From Heterodontus francisci (lineage: Eukaryota): a DNA stretch of 64,000 bases. Within the stretch, counting starts at the first letter, position 1, and the number at the start of each line of letters is the position of its first letter. The DNA lies in contig NC_090393.1 of the NCBI RefSeq assembly GCF_036365525.1, positions 54,886,488-54,950,487 on the forward strand. The letters are read 5' to 3'. The notes below the pieces were generated by a model. That model did no database searches. It saw only the letters and a program-made list of their open reading frames with translations, and had not been told where the DNA came from. Positions 1 through 12,709 of the stretch are shown piece after piece. Made by a program: the position numbers and the translations under genes.

Positions 1-295
1 GCTTTGTATTTTACTACAATTACCACTCTCTGCTTTTTATTCTATGACATCTTTGTCATAACCTCTCCCGCCCTCTGCCCCATCACAGAACTTCCCTTTT
101 GTTCTTCCCCCTCCTCCCTCCTTTCACTTGCTCAAAGCCTATTACATTTCGAACCTTAGTCAGTTCTGATGAAAGGTCATTGATCTGAAATGTTAACTCT
201 GTTTCTCTAGCCACAGATGCTGCCTGACCTGCTGAGTATTTCCAGCACTTTCAGTTTTAATTTCAGATTTCTAACATCTGCAATATTTTGCTTTT
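1..295 (+). mobile_element. Penelope-like element 3' end (pLTR) with hammerhead motif
   Basis: Same sequence as the 3' UTR of the GIY-YIG elements at 25342 and 32000-32335; CTGATGA...GAAA at 162-198. Confidence 0.8.
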
Positions 296-869
296 ATCCC
301 TATTTTTTTTTATTTTCTGGCCATAGTTGGTCAAAAGTTTGTCCTCTGTGTATTAATATAAAGATCAATCCTTTTCTATCTATAGTATATAGTGAAGGAT
401 CTGGCATCATTGAGACTTGGAACATACAGAGTAAAGAACTTAATTTCTCATGTTAAATACTTTAAAAGACTTCTTTTCCATGCTCATCTTTAATAGAACG
501 ACATCTACATAAATGCAGACAGTGGACAATAAAGTCATTAACGGCCATTAAAACCACATCAAGAAAACCAGAAAACTGCTGGATCAATTTTTAAAAATAC
601 ATTTACCAAGCTGTTTAGACTCTGAAGAGATGTTATCTCCAAATTGAGTAAATTGGACAACTAAATCCGTTTTTCCCCTATAGCCTGATGATTATTGTTA
701 TTGCATTTGGTTTTCATAGAGCTTTTCTTGAGGTCATTGACATATTTATGACAATCTTGACCATTCTGTTGAATTTATGAAACTGTTGAAATTAAGTACT
801 GTCACGATCCAAGCTTTCTTGTGCCTTTTATGATGGATAAGTTAGATTTTCTGACAAAGAGAGCATAGA

Positions 870-1340
870 AGTAAGGAAACTTTATGACACAGAAGGAGTC
901 CATTCAGCCCATTGCGTCTTAGCCTGCCGTAAAAAAGCTATTCATCCTAATATCACTTTCTAGCTCTTGTTCTGTAACCCTGTAGGTTATAACATTTCAA
1001 GATCATATCCAAATTTTTGTTAATATGATGGTTTCTGTCCCTACCACCCTTTCAGTCTGTGAGTCCCAGACCACCACCCTCTGGGTGAAAAAATTCTCCT
1101 CAACTCCCCCCTCAACCTTCTGCCAATTAATTTTAATCCAAGCCCCCTAGTTATTGACCTCTCAGCGAAGGAAAATAGGTCCTTCCTATCCACTCTATCT
1201 AGGCCCCTCTATTTTATACATGTCAATTACATTTCCCCTCTGCCTCCTCCGTTCCAAGGAAAACAATCCCAGTCTATCCAATCTTTTCTCATAGCTAAAT
1301 TTCTTAATTCCTGGCAACATCCTCATAAATTTCCTCTGTA
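870..1340 (-). mobile_element. CR1 LINE 3' fragment
   Basis: Reverse-complement similarity to the ORF2 C-terminus/3' UTR of other CR1 copies in the window. Confidence 0.75.
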
Positions 1341-1648
1341 GCTTACCACTTGATTACTGTTTGACAAGCATATGTAGTTGATTTTCAGACTTATACTTTG
1401 ACCTATATTTTCTGCCTTTTACACTCCTGTGCATTGACGTGATAAATCTGAACAATTCAAAGTAACATATGATTAATTAAACACCGTCGGTGAAATGCTG
1501 TATTTCAGAATATGCAGTGTTGATGGTTGGACATTAGTTATGAATTTATGTGTTATGTAACTATCAAAATGCCGAAATGTCCAATTGTCAGTAGGCTGAA
1601 GAGGACATTCCTAAGTGAGACGGTGATGAGCAAGTGACTGAGAGTATT

Positions 1649-2015
1649 GGCCCGTATTTTGCGGTCCCAATAGCACCGAACGCTGGGATGTCCATCGCTA
1701 TTGAGAATCAGAAGGAAACTGCAACTGCCTCCTGGGCTAGGTCTGAGTGCAGGGGCTGAAGATGTGTCCTTCTCTCAGTCTCCGAGTCAGTCTCGCCTCC
1801 TGTTCTAACAGCAGCAACAGTTGGTTCTTCCGCTCGTGTCTGGTGGCTTTACCCCAACCCTGAACACGCAATACCTGACTTTTGGGGCTGATCCTCATGG
1901 CGTTGGTCCTCTTCAAGCCCGAGGAGAGGTAGACTGGCTTGCTGCTGCTGTGTCTCAGGACCCCACTTGACCGCCTGTCATCTCTCAGACCCCGCAGCTC
2001 GATCAGCTCCGTCAT
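1649..2015 (-). mobile_element. Harbinger-like DNA transposon relic with coding remnant (copy 1)
   Basis: Terminus GGCCCGTATTTTGC; homologous in inverted orientation to 7900-8567; open 92-codon frame ending FSPCTQT*. Confidence 0.5.
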
Positions 2016-2399
2016 GGGGAAAGGGGCAAGAGGTTAGGAGAAGGAGGGAGGTAGAGAGTTTAAACTCCCTGGGGGAACAGCAAGTGATAATTGGGCTGTA
2101 GTTCAGATAAAAGAGATGCGGCATGGACTCGATGGGACGAATGACCTCTTTCTATGATGTAAATGACTCTATGAGAAAAAATATCATAATTTATATATGA
2201 ATCTCACAGGCAAAAAACACAAATGAAATTAAACCGAGCTGTTAAAACTGCAGAAGCCAGAGGAGAAAATAAATTGTAAGTCACGCTGAAATGTTCTGAG
2301 CAATGAAAGTTTGTTAAAGTGTTTAAAAGCATTTAAAAGTTTTAAAAAGCTTTAAGATTGTTTGAAAGTAATTAAAATTGCACATACACCACCCACCCC

Positions 2400-5300
2400 C
2401 AACCCACACCAGGGACCTCTGCTCCTGCACCCACTTTAGAATTGTACCCTTTATATGCCTCCCTTGATGTTGCTACCAAAATGAATCACTTCACACTTCT
2501 CTGCATTAAATTTCATCTGCCACCTGACCACCTAATCCATCAGCCCATCTATGTCCTCTTGAGGTTTATCACTATCCTCCACACAGTTCAAAGTGCTTCC
2601 ATGTTTTGTGTTAGCCGCAAATTTTCAAAATGCGCCCTCTACACCCAAGTCTAGGCCATCAATAAATATCAATAAAATCAGGTACTAACACCACCCCTGG
2701 GGATTTCCTTCTATATACCTTCCTCGAGTCCGAAAAAACAACTGTTCACTCTGACCCTTTTATTCCATGGGCTCTAACTATGCTGACAAGCCTATTATGT
2801 GGCCCTTTAGCAAATGCCTTTTGGAAGTCCACATCAACTGCATTACCCTCATCAACCCTCTGTTACTTCATCAAAAAGCTCAAACAAGTTATCAAAGCAC
2901 AATTTGCACTTAACAGTCCATGCTGGCTTTCTTAATAGATCCACATTTGTCCAGGTGAATGCTAAATTTGTCCAGAATTATCATTTCTAAAAGCTTTCCC
3001 ACCACCGAGGTTAAACTGACTGGCCTGTAGTTGCTGTGCTTCTCATTATATCCCTTTTCAACAAGAGTGTAACACTTGCAATTCTCCAGTCCTCTGACAC
3101 CACCCTCGTATGGCCACTGCCTCAGTAAATTCTACCCTACTTCCCTCAGTATCCAACCATCCTATCTTGTACCTCGTCTTGAGGAATATAAAGCACTTAA
3201 GGAATATAAAGACAGTAGGAAGGAACTTAAGCAAGGAGTTAGGAGGGCTAAAAGGGGTCATGAAAAATCATTGGCAAACAGGATTAAGGAAAATCCCAAG
3301 GCTTTTTATACATATATAAAGAGCAAGAGGGTAACCAGGGAAAGGGTTGGCCCACTCAAGGACAGAGATGGGAATCTATGTGTGGAGCCAGAGGAAATGG
3401 GCGAAGTGCTAAATGAGTCCTTTGCATCAGTATTCACCAAAGAGAAGGACTTGGTGGACTTGAAGGGAGTGCAGATAGTCTCAGTCATCTCATTATCAAA
3501 AAGGAGGCGGTGTTGGGTGTCTTGCAAAGCATTAAGGTAGATAAGTCCCCAGGGCCTGATGGGATCTACCCTAGAATACTGAGGGAGGCAAGGGAAGAAA
3601 TTGCTGGGGCCTTGACAGAAATCTTTCCATCCTCATTGGCTACTGGTGAGGTCCCAGAGGACTGGAGAATAGTCAAAGTTGTTCCTTTTTTTAAGAAGGG
3701 TGGCAAGGATAATCCAGGAAATTATAGGCCGGTGAGCCTTACGTCAGTGGTAGGGAAACTATTAGAGAGGATTATTCGGGACAGGATTTACTCCCATTTG
3801 GAAACAAACGAACTTATTAGCGTGAGACAGCATGATTTTGTGAAGGGGAGGTCGTGTCCTACTAATTTGATTGAGTTTTTTGAGGAAGTGATGAAGATGA
3901 TTGATGAAGGAAGGGCAGTGGATGTTATCTATATGGACTTTAGTAAAGCCTTTGACAAGGTCCCGCATGGCAGACTGGTACAAAAGGTGAAGTCACATAG
4001 GATCAGAGGTGAGCTGGCAAGATGGATACAGAACTAGCTCGGTCACAGAAGACAGAGGGTAGCAGTGGATGGGTGTTTTTCTGAATGGAGGGCTGTGACT
4101 AGTGGTGTTCCACAGGGATCAGTGCTGGGACCTTTGCTGTTTATAGTATATATAAATGATTTGGAGGAAAATGTAGCTGGTCTGATTAGTAAGTTTGCGG
4201 ACGACACAAAGGTTGGTGGAGTTGCGGATAATGATGAGGATTGTCAGAGGATACAGCAGGATATAGATCAGTTGGAGACTTGGGCGGAGAAATGGCAGAT
4301 GGAGTTTAATCCAGACAAATGTGAGGTAATGCATTTTGGAAGGTCTAATGCAGGTGGGAGGTATACAGTAAATGGCAGAACCTTTAGGAGTATTGACAGG
4401 CAGAGAGATCTGGGCGTACAGGGCCACAGGTCACTGAAAGTGCAACGCAGGTGGATAAGGTAGTCAAGAATGCATACGGCATGCTTGCCTTCATCGGTCG
4501 GGGCATAGAGTATAAAAATTGGCAAGTCGTGTTGCAGCTGTACAGAACCTTAGTTAGGCCACACTTAGAATATAGTGTGCAATTCTTGTCGCCACACTAC
4601 CAGAAGGACGTGGAGGCTTTGGAGAGGGTACAGAAGAGGTTTGCCAGGATGTTGGCTGGTCTGGAGGGCATTAGCTATGAGGAGAGGTTGGAAAAACTCG
4701 GATTGTTTTCACTCGAACGACGGAGGTGGAGGGGCGACATGATAGAGGTTTACACAGTTATGAGTGGCATGGACAGAGTGGATAGTCAGAAGCTTTTTCC
4801 CAGGGTGGAAGAGTCAGTTACTAGGGGACATAGGTTTAAGGTGCGAGGGGCAACGTTTAGAGGGGATTTGCGAGGCAAGTTTTTTACACAGAGGGTGGTG
4901 AGTATCTGGAACCTGCTGCCAGGGGAGGTGGTGGAAGCAGATATGATAGCGACGTTTAAGAGACATCTTGACAAATACATGAATAGGAAGGGAATAGAGG
5001 GATATGGGCCCCGGAAGTGCAGAGGGTGTTAGTTTAGGCTGGCATCAAGATCGGCGCAGGCTTGGAGGGCCGAATGGCCTGTTCCTGTGCTGTACTGTTC
5101 TTTGTTCTTTGTTCTTTGGCTTTATCAATTGTGAGCCCATCCAGTGTCTCAATTACCTCATCTTTCACTATGATTTGGGCAGCATCTTCTTCTTGGTAAA
5201 GACAGGTACAAAATACTGATTTTGTACCTCAGTCATGCACCCTGCCTCCGTGCATAAATCCCTTTTAGGTCCCTAAACGGTCCCACTCCTCCATTTACCA

Positions 5301-7560
5301 CCCTTATACTGTTTACATGCGTATAAAAGACGTTTGAATTATTTTATGCTAGCTGCCTGTCTCTTCTCATACTGTCTCCTTGCTTTTGTTATTTGTTTTT
5401 TCATTTCCCTTCTGAACCTTCTATATTCAGCCTGGTTGTCAGTTGTATTATCTACATGGTATCTATTGTATGCACACTTTTTCTGCTTCATCTTACTCTC
5501 TCTCTCTCTTTCATCATCCAGGGCACTCCGGATTTGTTTGCCCTACATTTCACCCTTGTGGGAACGTACCTTGAATGTATCTGAACTATTTCCTCTTTAA
5601 AGGAAGCTCTTTGATCATTTACAGTTTTGCCTGCCAATTTTTGATTCCAATTTACCCGAGCCAGATCTGTTCACACCACATTGAGGTTGGCCCTCACCCA
5701 TTGAACAATTTTTACTCTGGACTACTTCTTGTCCTTTTTCCTAGCAAACCTAAACCTTATGATTTTATGATAACTGTCCCCTAAATGTTCCCAGACTGAC
5801 ACTTGAGCCATTTGACCCACCTCATTCCCAGAACCAGATCCAGCAATGCCTGCTTCCTTGTTAGACTAGTAACATACTGATGTAGAAAATTCTCCTGAAC
5901 ACACTCTAGAAACTCTTACCGCCCTCGGCCCTTTAGACTATTACTATCCCAGTCTATATTAGAACAATTAAAGTCAATTATCACTACTCTATAATTCTTG
6001 CACTTCTCTGTAGTTTCCTTGCAAATTTGTGCAATATCTTTTCCACTAATTGTTGGCCTATAGAATACTTCCAGCAATGTGATAGTTTCTCTGTTGTTTC
6101 TTAGTTGTATTATCCACGTGGCATCTATTGTATGCACACTTTTTCTGCTTCATCTTTCTCTCTCTCATCATCCAGGGCACTCTGGATTTGTTTGCCCTGC
6201 CTTTTACCCTCGTGGGAACGTACTTTGAATGTAATTGAACTATTTACAGTTTTGCTCCAACCAAATAGAATATGTCCTTGACACCTCTAGGACATCCTCT
6301 TTCTCAAGCACTGCAACGTTCTCCTTAATCAATACTCCTTTCTTTCCTTGTCTTTCGTGAACACCTTGTATCCAGCAATATTTAGTGCACAGGCCTATCT
6401 TTTTTTGAGCCACGTCTCTATTATCGCCAGGACATCATATTGCCATGTGGTTACCTGCAGCTCACCACCTTATTTACCACACTCTGTACCTTCACAAACG
6501 TGCACCGTAAACCTAATTTAGATCTTATTACATCCCCTGTTACACTGACCCCACCTAATACTTTACTGTTTCCTTCTCTACTGTTAACTGTCTCTCCCAA
6601 TTCTCTGTGCCCCTTAGTTATCCTCTCTGATATGATCTCCTGGTTCCTGCACCCCTGCCAAGTTAATTTAAACCCTCCCCAATAGCACGAGCTAATCGCC
6701 GCACAAGGACATTGGTCCTGGCTCTGTTCAGGTGCAACCCTGTACAGGTCCCAACTCCCCCAAAACCTCTCTCAATGTCCCAGGAATCCAAAACCCTCCC
6801 TTCTGAACCATCTCTCCAGCCATCTATTCTTCATCTCCATTCTCCTATTTCTATACTCACTTGTGCATGGTACTGGGAGTAATCCAAACATTGCTACCAT
6901 TGAGGTCTTGCTTACCAGTTTCTTTCCCAGCTTCCTAAACTCTACCTGCAGGATCTCATCTCCTTTTCCACATAAGCCGTTGGTGCCACTATGGGCCACG
7001 ACTGCTGGCTGTACACCCTCCCCCCTCAGAGTGCTCTGCAGCCACCCAGTGACTTCCTTGACCCGAGCACCAGGGAGGCAACATACCATCCTGGATTCAC
7101 GTCTGCGGCCGCAGAAACACCTGTCTGGTCTGCAGACTATTGAATCCTCTATCACTATTGGTTTTCCAATCTTGCTCCTGCCCCCATTATACAGATGAGC
7201 CAGCCGTGGTGACGTGGACTTGGCTCTGGATGTGCTCCTCATAGGAATCACACTGTCATCAGCATTCAGAACGGAATACTGGTTGGGGATTGAGATGCAT
7301 CATGGTACTCCTGCACTACCTGCCAGGTCCTTCTTGCCTACCTGGCGGTCACCCATTCCCTCTCTGCCTGCATACTCTTAAACTGCGGGATGACTACATC
7401 TATAAGCATGCTATCCACGAAACTCACAGCCTCACAGATGTGCCGCAGAGATGCCAGCTGCTGCAGCTGACGATATTTCCTGCACGCATGGTTGTCTAGG
7501 ACACGAGGGAAATCCTGGAGTTCCCACATGGAACAAGATGTGCTTCCATGGGACCAAGCT
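2400..7560 (-). mobile_element. Old CR1 LINE (ORF1 esterase plus decayed ORF2), split by a younger CR1
   Basis: SGNH-esterase-like ORF1 6772-7251 (IVIEDSIV, CCLPGARV); APE motif DFN near 5970; RT remnants 2400-3170. Confidence 0.85.
3181..5117 (+). mobile_element. 5'-truncated CR1 LINE (HER1-like)
   Basis: RT motifs KSPGPDGI, YRPVSLTS, DFSKAFD, GVPQGSVLGP, FADD; frameshifts; (TGTTCTT)n-type tail. Confidence 0.95.
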
Positions 7561-7899
7561 GACCTTAAATTTATTACTTAAATAAAGACTCAGCAGCTAC
7601 TGACTAACCAGCTGCTTCTCTTTGTGCTGATGTCGCTTTATTTTATAGGGAGGATAAATGAAATGTTTCACCTAACTGATTATCTAACAAAGTTAGATTT
7701 GAATTTAGTAAAAATTCCATAACTCTTTAGTGTTCCTATCTCTTCTTTAGTTTTAACTTTATTTCCTGGATCTAATTAATTAATTGAGCATTGATTGTAA
7801 TTTTATGATAAATGATCAAATTGGCTGCCGTTTTTAGTTTTTATACTCATTCATCAATCAAGGCTTTGGTTATAAAAAATACTACACTTGTATACTTGA

Positions 7900-8567
7900 G
7901 AAAAGCATAAAAGAAAAAACTGTTACTGTTGACCATGGAACAACGACCAGGACCCAAGACTGACCGAGAAACCGGGTGAAGAGCATGACTTCAGCCCCTG
8001 TACCCAGACTCAGCCCAGCCGGTGTAACCTGTACAGCGAGGACGTCATCTGGGGGTTGAACAAGCAGAGTCTGAGTGTGCAAGTAGGTCAGAAATAAAAC
8101 ACAAACACACACATAAGTATCTCAATATTGTACAAACATGCATTTTAAAGGCTCAAGTCAAAGCCAAATTAATATGAAATTGAAAAGAAAACAGAAAATG
8201 TTTCGGAAATGGCATCATTAACAGCTGGAGGGGACAGATAACAGAGATGTGTAATGCAGTAAAGAGATTTATAGCATCCATTCATCAGCAGGCTTTATGC
8301 TGGCTTGTACCAGTTTCAATTTAAATAGTGCTAAGTCCAGCATTGCTTGGGGGCAATCAGCCCAAATTCCCACAGCACAGGTCCCTGCCACTTTACAAAG
8401 CGGCCCGATGGGACTATCATCGGAGGCTTCTCCGGAGTCTATTCAGGTGCACTGCAACTTCTGCTTTTCAGCGCAGGTGCGATCACCAGAAATTGCGGTC
8501 CTGTTCCAACTCTCAATTACGGCGAACGTCTCAACATTCGCCTTTATTGAAACCGCAAATTCAGGCC
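7900..8567 (+). mobile_element. Harbinger-like DNA transposon relic (copy 2)
   Basis: Ends GCAAATTCAGGCC; shares its terminal ~80 bp and the ...RLT...FSPCTQT coding remnant with 1649-2015. Confidence 0.5.
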
Positions 8568-8669
8568 ACTTAGGCAAAGGGGGAGTTCAAGTTTCATATT
8601 TGTTCAATGATAATTCTCTGCCCCACAAGGTATGGATTCAAACTCTGCTGCAAGACTTGACCTTATAAT

Positions 8670-8800
8670 GCAGACTGATGTTTCAGTGCAGTGCCGAGGG
8701 GGTGATGCATTGTCAGAGGTGCCTTCTTTCACTTTATTGGTTAAATCACGAGCCCTTTAACTGTTGAAATCAACCAAAAGAAATCCCACAACAATATTTC
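8670..8800 (+). mobile_element. DeuSINE-like central domain relic
   Basis: CAGTGCAGTGCCGAGGG...TGCATTGTCAGAGGTGCC resembles the Deu domain as recalled. Confidence 0.5.
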
Positions 8801-9107
8801 TTTGATTTCAATGGAAATGATAAAGAGGCTCTTTCTTTAACGGGTGCCCATCCGCAACGCCAATTTTGAGCCAGGACGGCAATTTCAAATTGACCTCAAA
8901 GTGCTCCCTGTCCATTCCAGCTGCTGAAGATGGGGTTGTTGCACATAAACTTGATTTTATCCTCACGGGATATCCATGCATGGGCATCTCTAAGAGAGCA
9001 CAGCGACCAGAAGCTGGAACTCTGACCAATTATTGCCTGGCTATCACAAAAACATCGGATGGTTTAAGCGATCATTCCACGCCTTGACTGTGATTAAATT
9101 AACATGC

Positions 9108-10930
9108 CCAACATGATCACGTTCTGGCACTCACCACCTACATCGAAAATGGCTTCCAAACGAACCTGAAGACTGGCATAGTGCTACTGGACCTCACAGC
9201 TACCGATGATACAGTGTGGCACATTGACCTGCTCCTGAAGCTGTCCAGAGTGCTTCCAACCTGGGTCGGGACAGCTGTTGAAACAGTCCTTCACAACAGA
9301 CGATCTAAAATCCACCTTGGACAAGGGAGAAGTGCATAGAGAACACCAGCCAACGGACTACCACAAGGCTCAGTGCTATCCCCCACGCTGTTCAACATAT
9401 ATACCTGCCAAAAACCACATCTCGCAAGTTCATCTAAGCTGATGACATGATTTTTTTTAGATTTAGAGATACAGCACTGAAACAGGCCCTTCGGCCCACC
9501 GAGTCTGTGCCGACCATTAACCACCCATTTATACTAATCCGACACTAATCCCATATTTCTACCACATCCTCACCTGTCCCTATATTCCCCTACCACCTAC
9601 CTATGCTAGGGGCAATTTATAATGGCCAATTTACCTATCAACCTGCAAGTCTTTTGGCTGTGGGAGGAAACCGGAGCACCCGGAGGAAACCCACGCAGAC
9701 ACAGGGAGAACTTGCAAACTCCACACAGGCAGCACCCCGGGTCGCTGGAGCTGTGAGGCTGCGGTGCTAACCACTGCGCCACTGTGCCACCTAAGCTCCA
9801 CCCTTCTGCATCCTGGACCAGATCCTGAATGAAGATGTTACAAAGCTGACGGACTACTGCAGCACATGGCATCGCACATTGAATCCCTCTTAAAACCATA
9901 TCCAGTGTATTCCACCTCCACAATGCCAGTGCCAAAAAAGAATTGCGTGTCTACATGGATGGTCAGATCCCAACCCAACATACTTGCTAGTGACTCTGGA
10001 TAGGACTTTTTCCTTCTGGGAACATCTGAAGAAAACAGCAGCAAAGGTCAAAACCAGAAACAACCTATTAACCAAACTTGCTGGATCTATGTGGAGCACT
10101 GCTGCCATAACACTTCTGACCTCCACCCCTGCCCCATCATACTCAGCAGCAGAGTACTGTGCACCTGTCTAGCATAGGTCATCACACCCACACATACACA
10201 TATACACACACACACATACCTTTTTGATACTTAATTGAATGCAACAATATACATCATAACTGGAACCCTCCATTCAATGCCCCTCCCCTGGCATCCTGTC
10301 CTTGCAAACATCACTCCCCCACACATCAGCCGAGTGATGAAACCATCCATGCTGCACTTCACTTACCACTCCATAATGACAGGTTCAATCTACGTACTGC
10401 CTGCCTTCCATCTTGACGCTCCATATGAGCAACCTTTCTGAGCAAGGTCTACCAGCAGACATCCTTTGGATCAAGAAGTGGGAAACACAGGAAGTCACTA
10501 ACAAGTTCCTTGTGAATCTATTGAATGGCAGGTTTCGAACTACCATGGCAAGAATGGTTCTTGCTAAACAGGTTCAGGACAAACAAGTTACAGTTTGCCA
10601 ACCTGAAAATGAGCCACTTATCACGACTTTTTGTTTCCTGGTTGTCAGTCACAGTCTGATCATAAAACATATATAAGAAAACAGAAGAGGGAAGAGAGAC
10701 GCTGTAATTAGAAGTGCCAAGTTTGCTTCCCAGTTTTGTGCATGTTTGTATTTATTTAGCGAATGCAAATCCCAGGAGCCAAGTGATAACCTCATTTGCT
10801 GAGTTTAAGGTGGTTCGTCCACCTCTTAGTCTGTAAGGGGGCATTCCTTGGTAATGTGCAGCATTGTTTGTGTCTTTCCACAAATGCATACGGGGTTTGT
10901 ACTGAGGCCCTAGTGGTGGAGGTTGATTGA
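9108..10930 (+). mobile_element. RTE-X-like LINE, 3' end inverted
   Basis: NGLPQGSVLSP; decayed (Y)ADD at 9435; LAGSMWS...YSAAEYCAPV; LNRFRT; C-terminal CICGKTQTMLHITKECP and (AAAT)n tail on the minus strand 10747-10930. Confidence 0.8.
9451..9791 (-). mobile_element. V-SINE (HE1-like tRNA-derived SINE)
   Basis: A-box TGGCGCAGTGG; V-domain GGGTTTCCTCCGGGTGCTCCGGTTTCCTCCCA; CR1-type tail (GGGCCGAAGGGCCTGTTTC) and oligo-A. Confidence 0.85.
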
Positions 10931-12709
10931 TTATTAGAATTCGGACTGTTAATAATTCGGATTTTATCCTTCCTGTATTGAAGTGGTACATTTAGTATAC
11001 GCTGCAATGCAATATTGTAGGTGACAACAGACAAAGCACTTATCGCAGATAACAATAACCGCCATGAGCGGACCGCAACTTCCTCTTTTAGATCCATTTG
11101 AACGTCAAGATTTTACTGACTTAATTTTTATTTTCGATTAATCAAAGAAATCTAAAAATGTATCAACATCAGGTGAAACGAGCAACTGAACGGCGTGGTT
11201 AATACATGTTGTAATGCAATACAGTATCGTGGTGAGAGCATCCGAGTGAGCGAAAACTCGGCATAGATTTCGTTAAGCAGAATGAGCATAACTTTCAGTA
11301 AAGCTATCGTGTATCGTGTTTGGACAACTGGACTACCGCTATATATGTCATTTCCCCATGTCATTTTGCACTTTGTATTTTGGATCTAAGCCGTTTAACT
11401 CGACAACTACCTGTAGAAATGTGTAACTTTCTCCTGAGAAGTCACTTTAAAGATAGTACATGGCAAAGCACGTTAAAGTCCGTTAAAATACTTTGCGCTC
11501 ATCACGGTAAATTAACGTTAGTGAAGGTGGAGGAGGGGAAATTTCCTTTCGGCACTTAGGAAGAACAGGTTCGTGATTTCGTTACACATATTATACTGGA
11601 GAAATCTGCCACTATATTTCTTGTAATACCCTTCAAGTAATTTTCATACAGGTCGCTGGGATTCATTACATTTCATACAAGTTTTTTTTCTTAGTAGATA
11701 TATTGCGGGATGTCCCCTGGGAAGAATACTGATCTTTCACTACGGGTGTCAACACCAAGGGTTCCCAAATAAGAAATAAATTCGATTCAGAATAAACCTT
11801 CTCTGCGGAGTCTAAAAATGTATATTGCCATTGTTAACGTGTGGGTGAAGGTTCCATCTATTCCACAGTCCTATTGGACTTTTCTGTCCGTTTCAATATG
11901 TAGAAGCAATTCTGGCCCTTCATTCCTACTCCTCGACAGAACACAACAAAAAGCATGCAGTCTTTTCTTTCACTCAGACCTCGTAAGGAGGTAAATAGGA
12001 GGTACAGAACAACCATGTCCTATTTGAAGGGCGGAGTTGGTTCAAGGTGCAGAATGGCGAATGTTCCGACCTTCTTTCTATTTCTCAGTCCTTAGCGAGC
12101 TTTCTCGTCTTAATAGGATAGAACAAACGCTCCTCGCAATTTTCCTGTCTTGTTTCTCCTAAGTCGTGAACACACTCCTCTTACGTTCATGAATAATCGC
12201 TGTGTTAAAATCAAAACCTATCGTACAGTCCCCTTTTCCAGTTCACTTTTTGTATTGATTTTGGAACTGTGAAACTCAATTGTTGTCTCAATCTTTCTTC
12301 TCGCTTATAATCTTCAGGCTATTGAATCCTAGAATGATTGTCACCTAGCAACTAATATAAAAGTAAAATACTGCGCATGCTGAAAGTCTGAAATAAACGC
12401 AGAAAAATGCTGGAAACATTCACTTGTCCATTCCAGCTGCTGAAGATGAAGTCATTGCATCTAAACTTGATGTTATCCTCATGGGGCATCTATGTATTTG
12501 TGGGCATCTCTAACAGAGCGCAGCTGGAACTCTGACCGATTATTCTGTCGCTACAGCAAAAATATCCGGTGGTTCAAGCGATCATTCTGTGGCCTCGACT
12601 GTGAATAAATTAACATGCACAAAACTGGGAATCGAACTTGGCATGTGCTAATTATACTCTCTCTACCTTCCTGTTCTGTTTTCTTATATAAGTTATAGGA
12701 TCAGACTCT

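Noticed and set aside
1737-2030. Plus-strand frame resembling an Ig V start (AEDVSFSQSPS, PVISQTPQ)
   Set aside because: No Cys/Trp framework, contains stops, and silent-site conservation favours the opposite strand.
9740-9791. tRNA genes here and near 43630-43716
   Set aside because: These are SINE heads; no complete cloverleaf, and they are attached to SINE bodies and tails.
11535-11546. NF-kB-like GGGGAAATTTCC
   Set aside because: Degenerate in the promoter-proximal duplicate; a single motif only.
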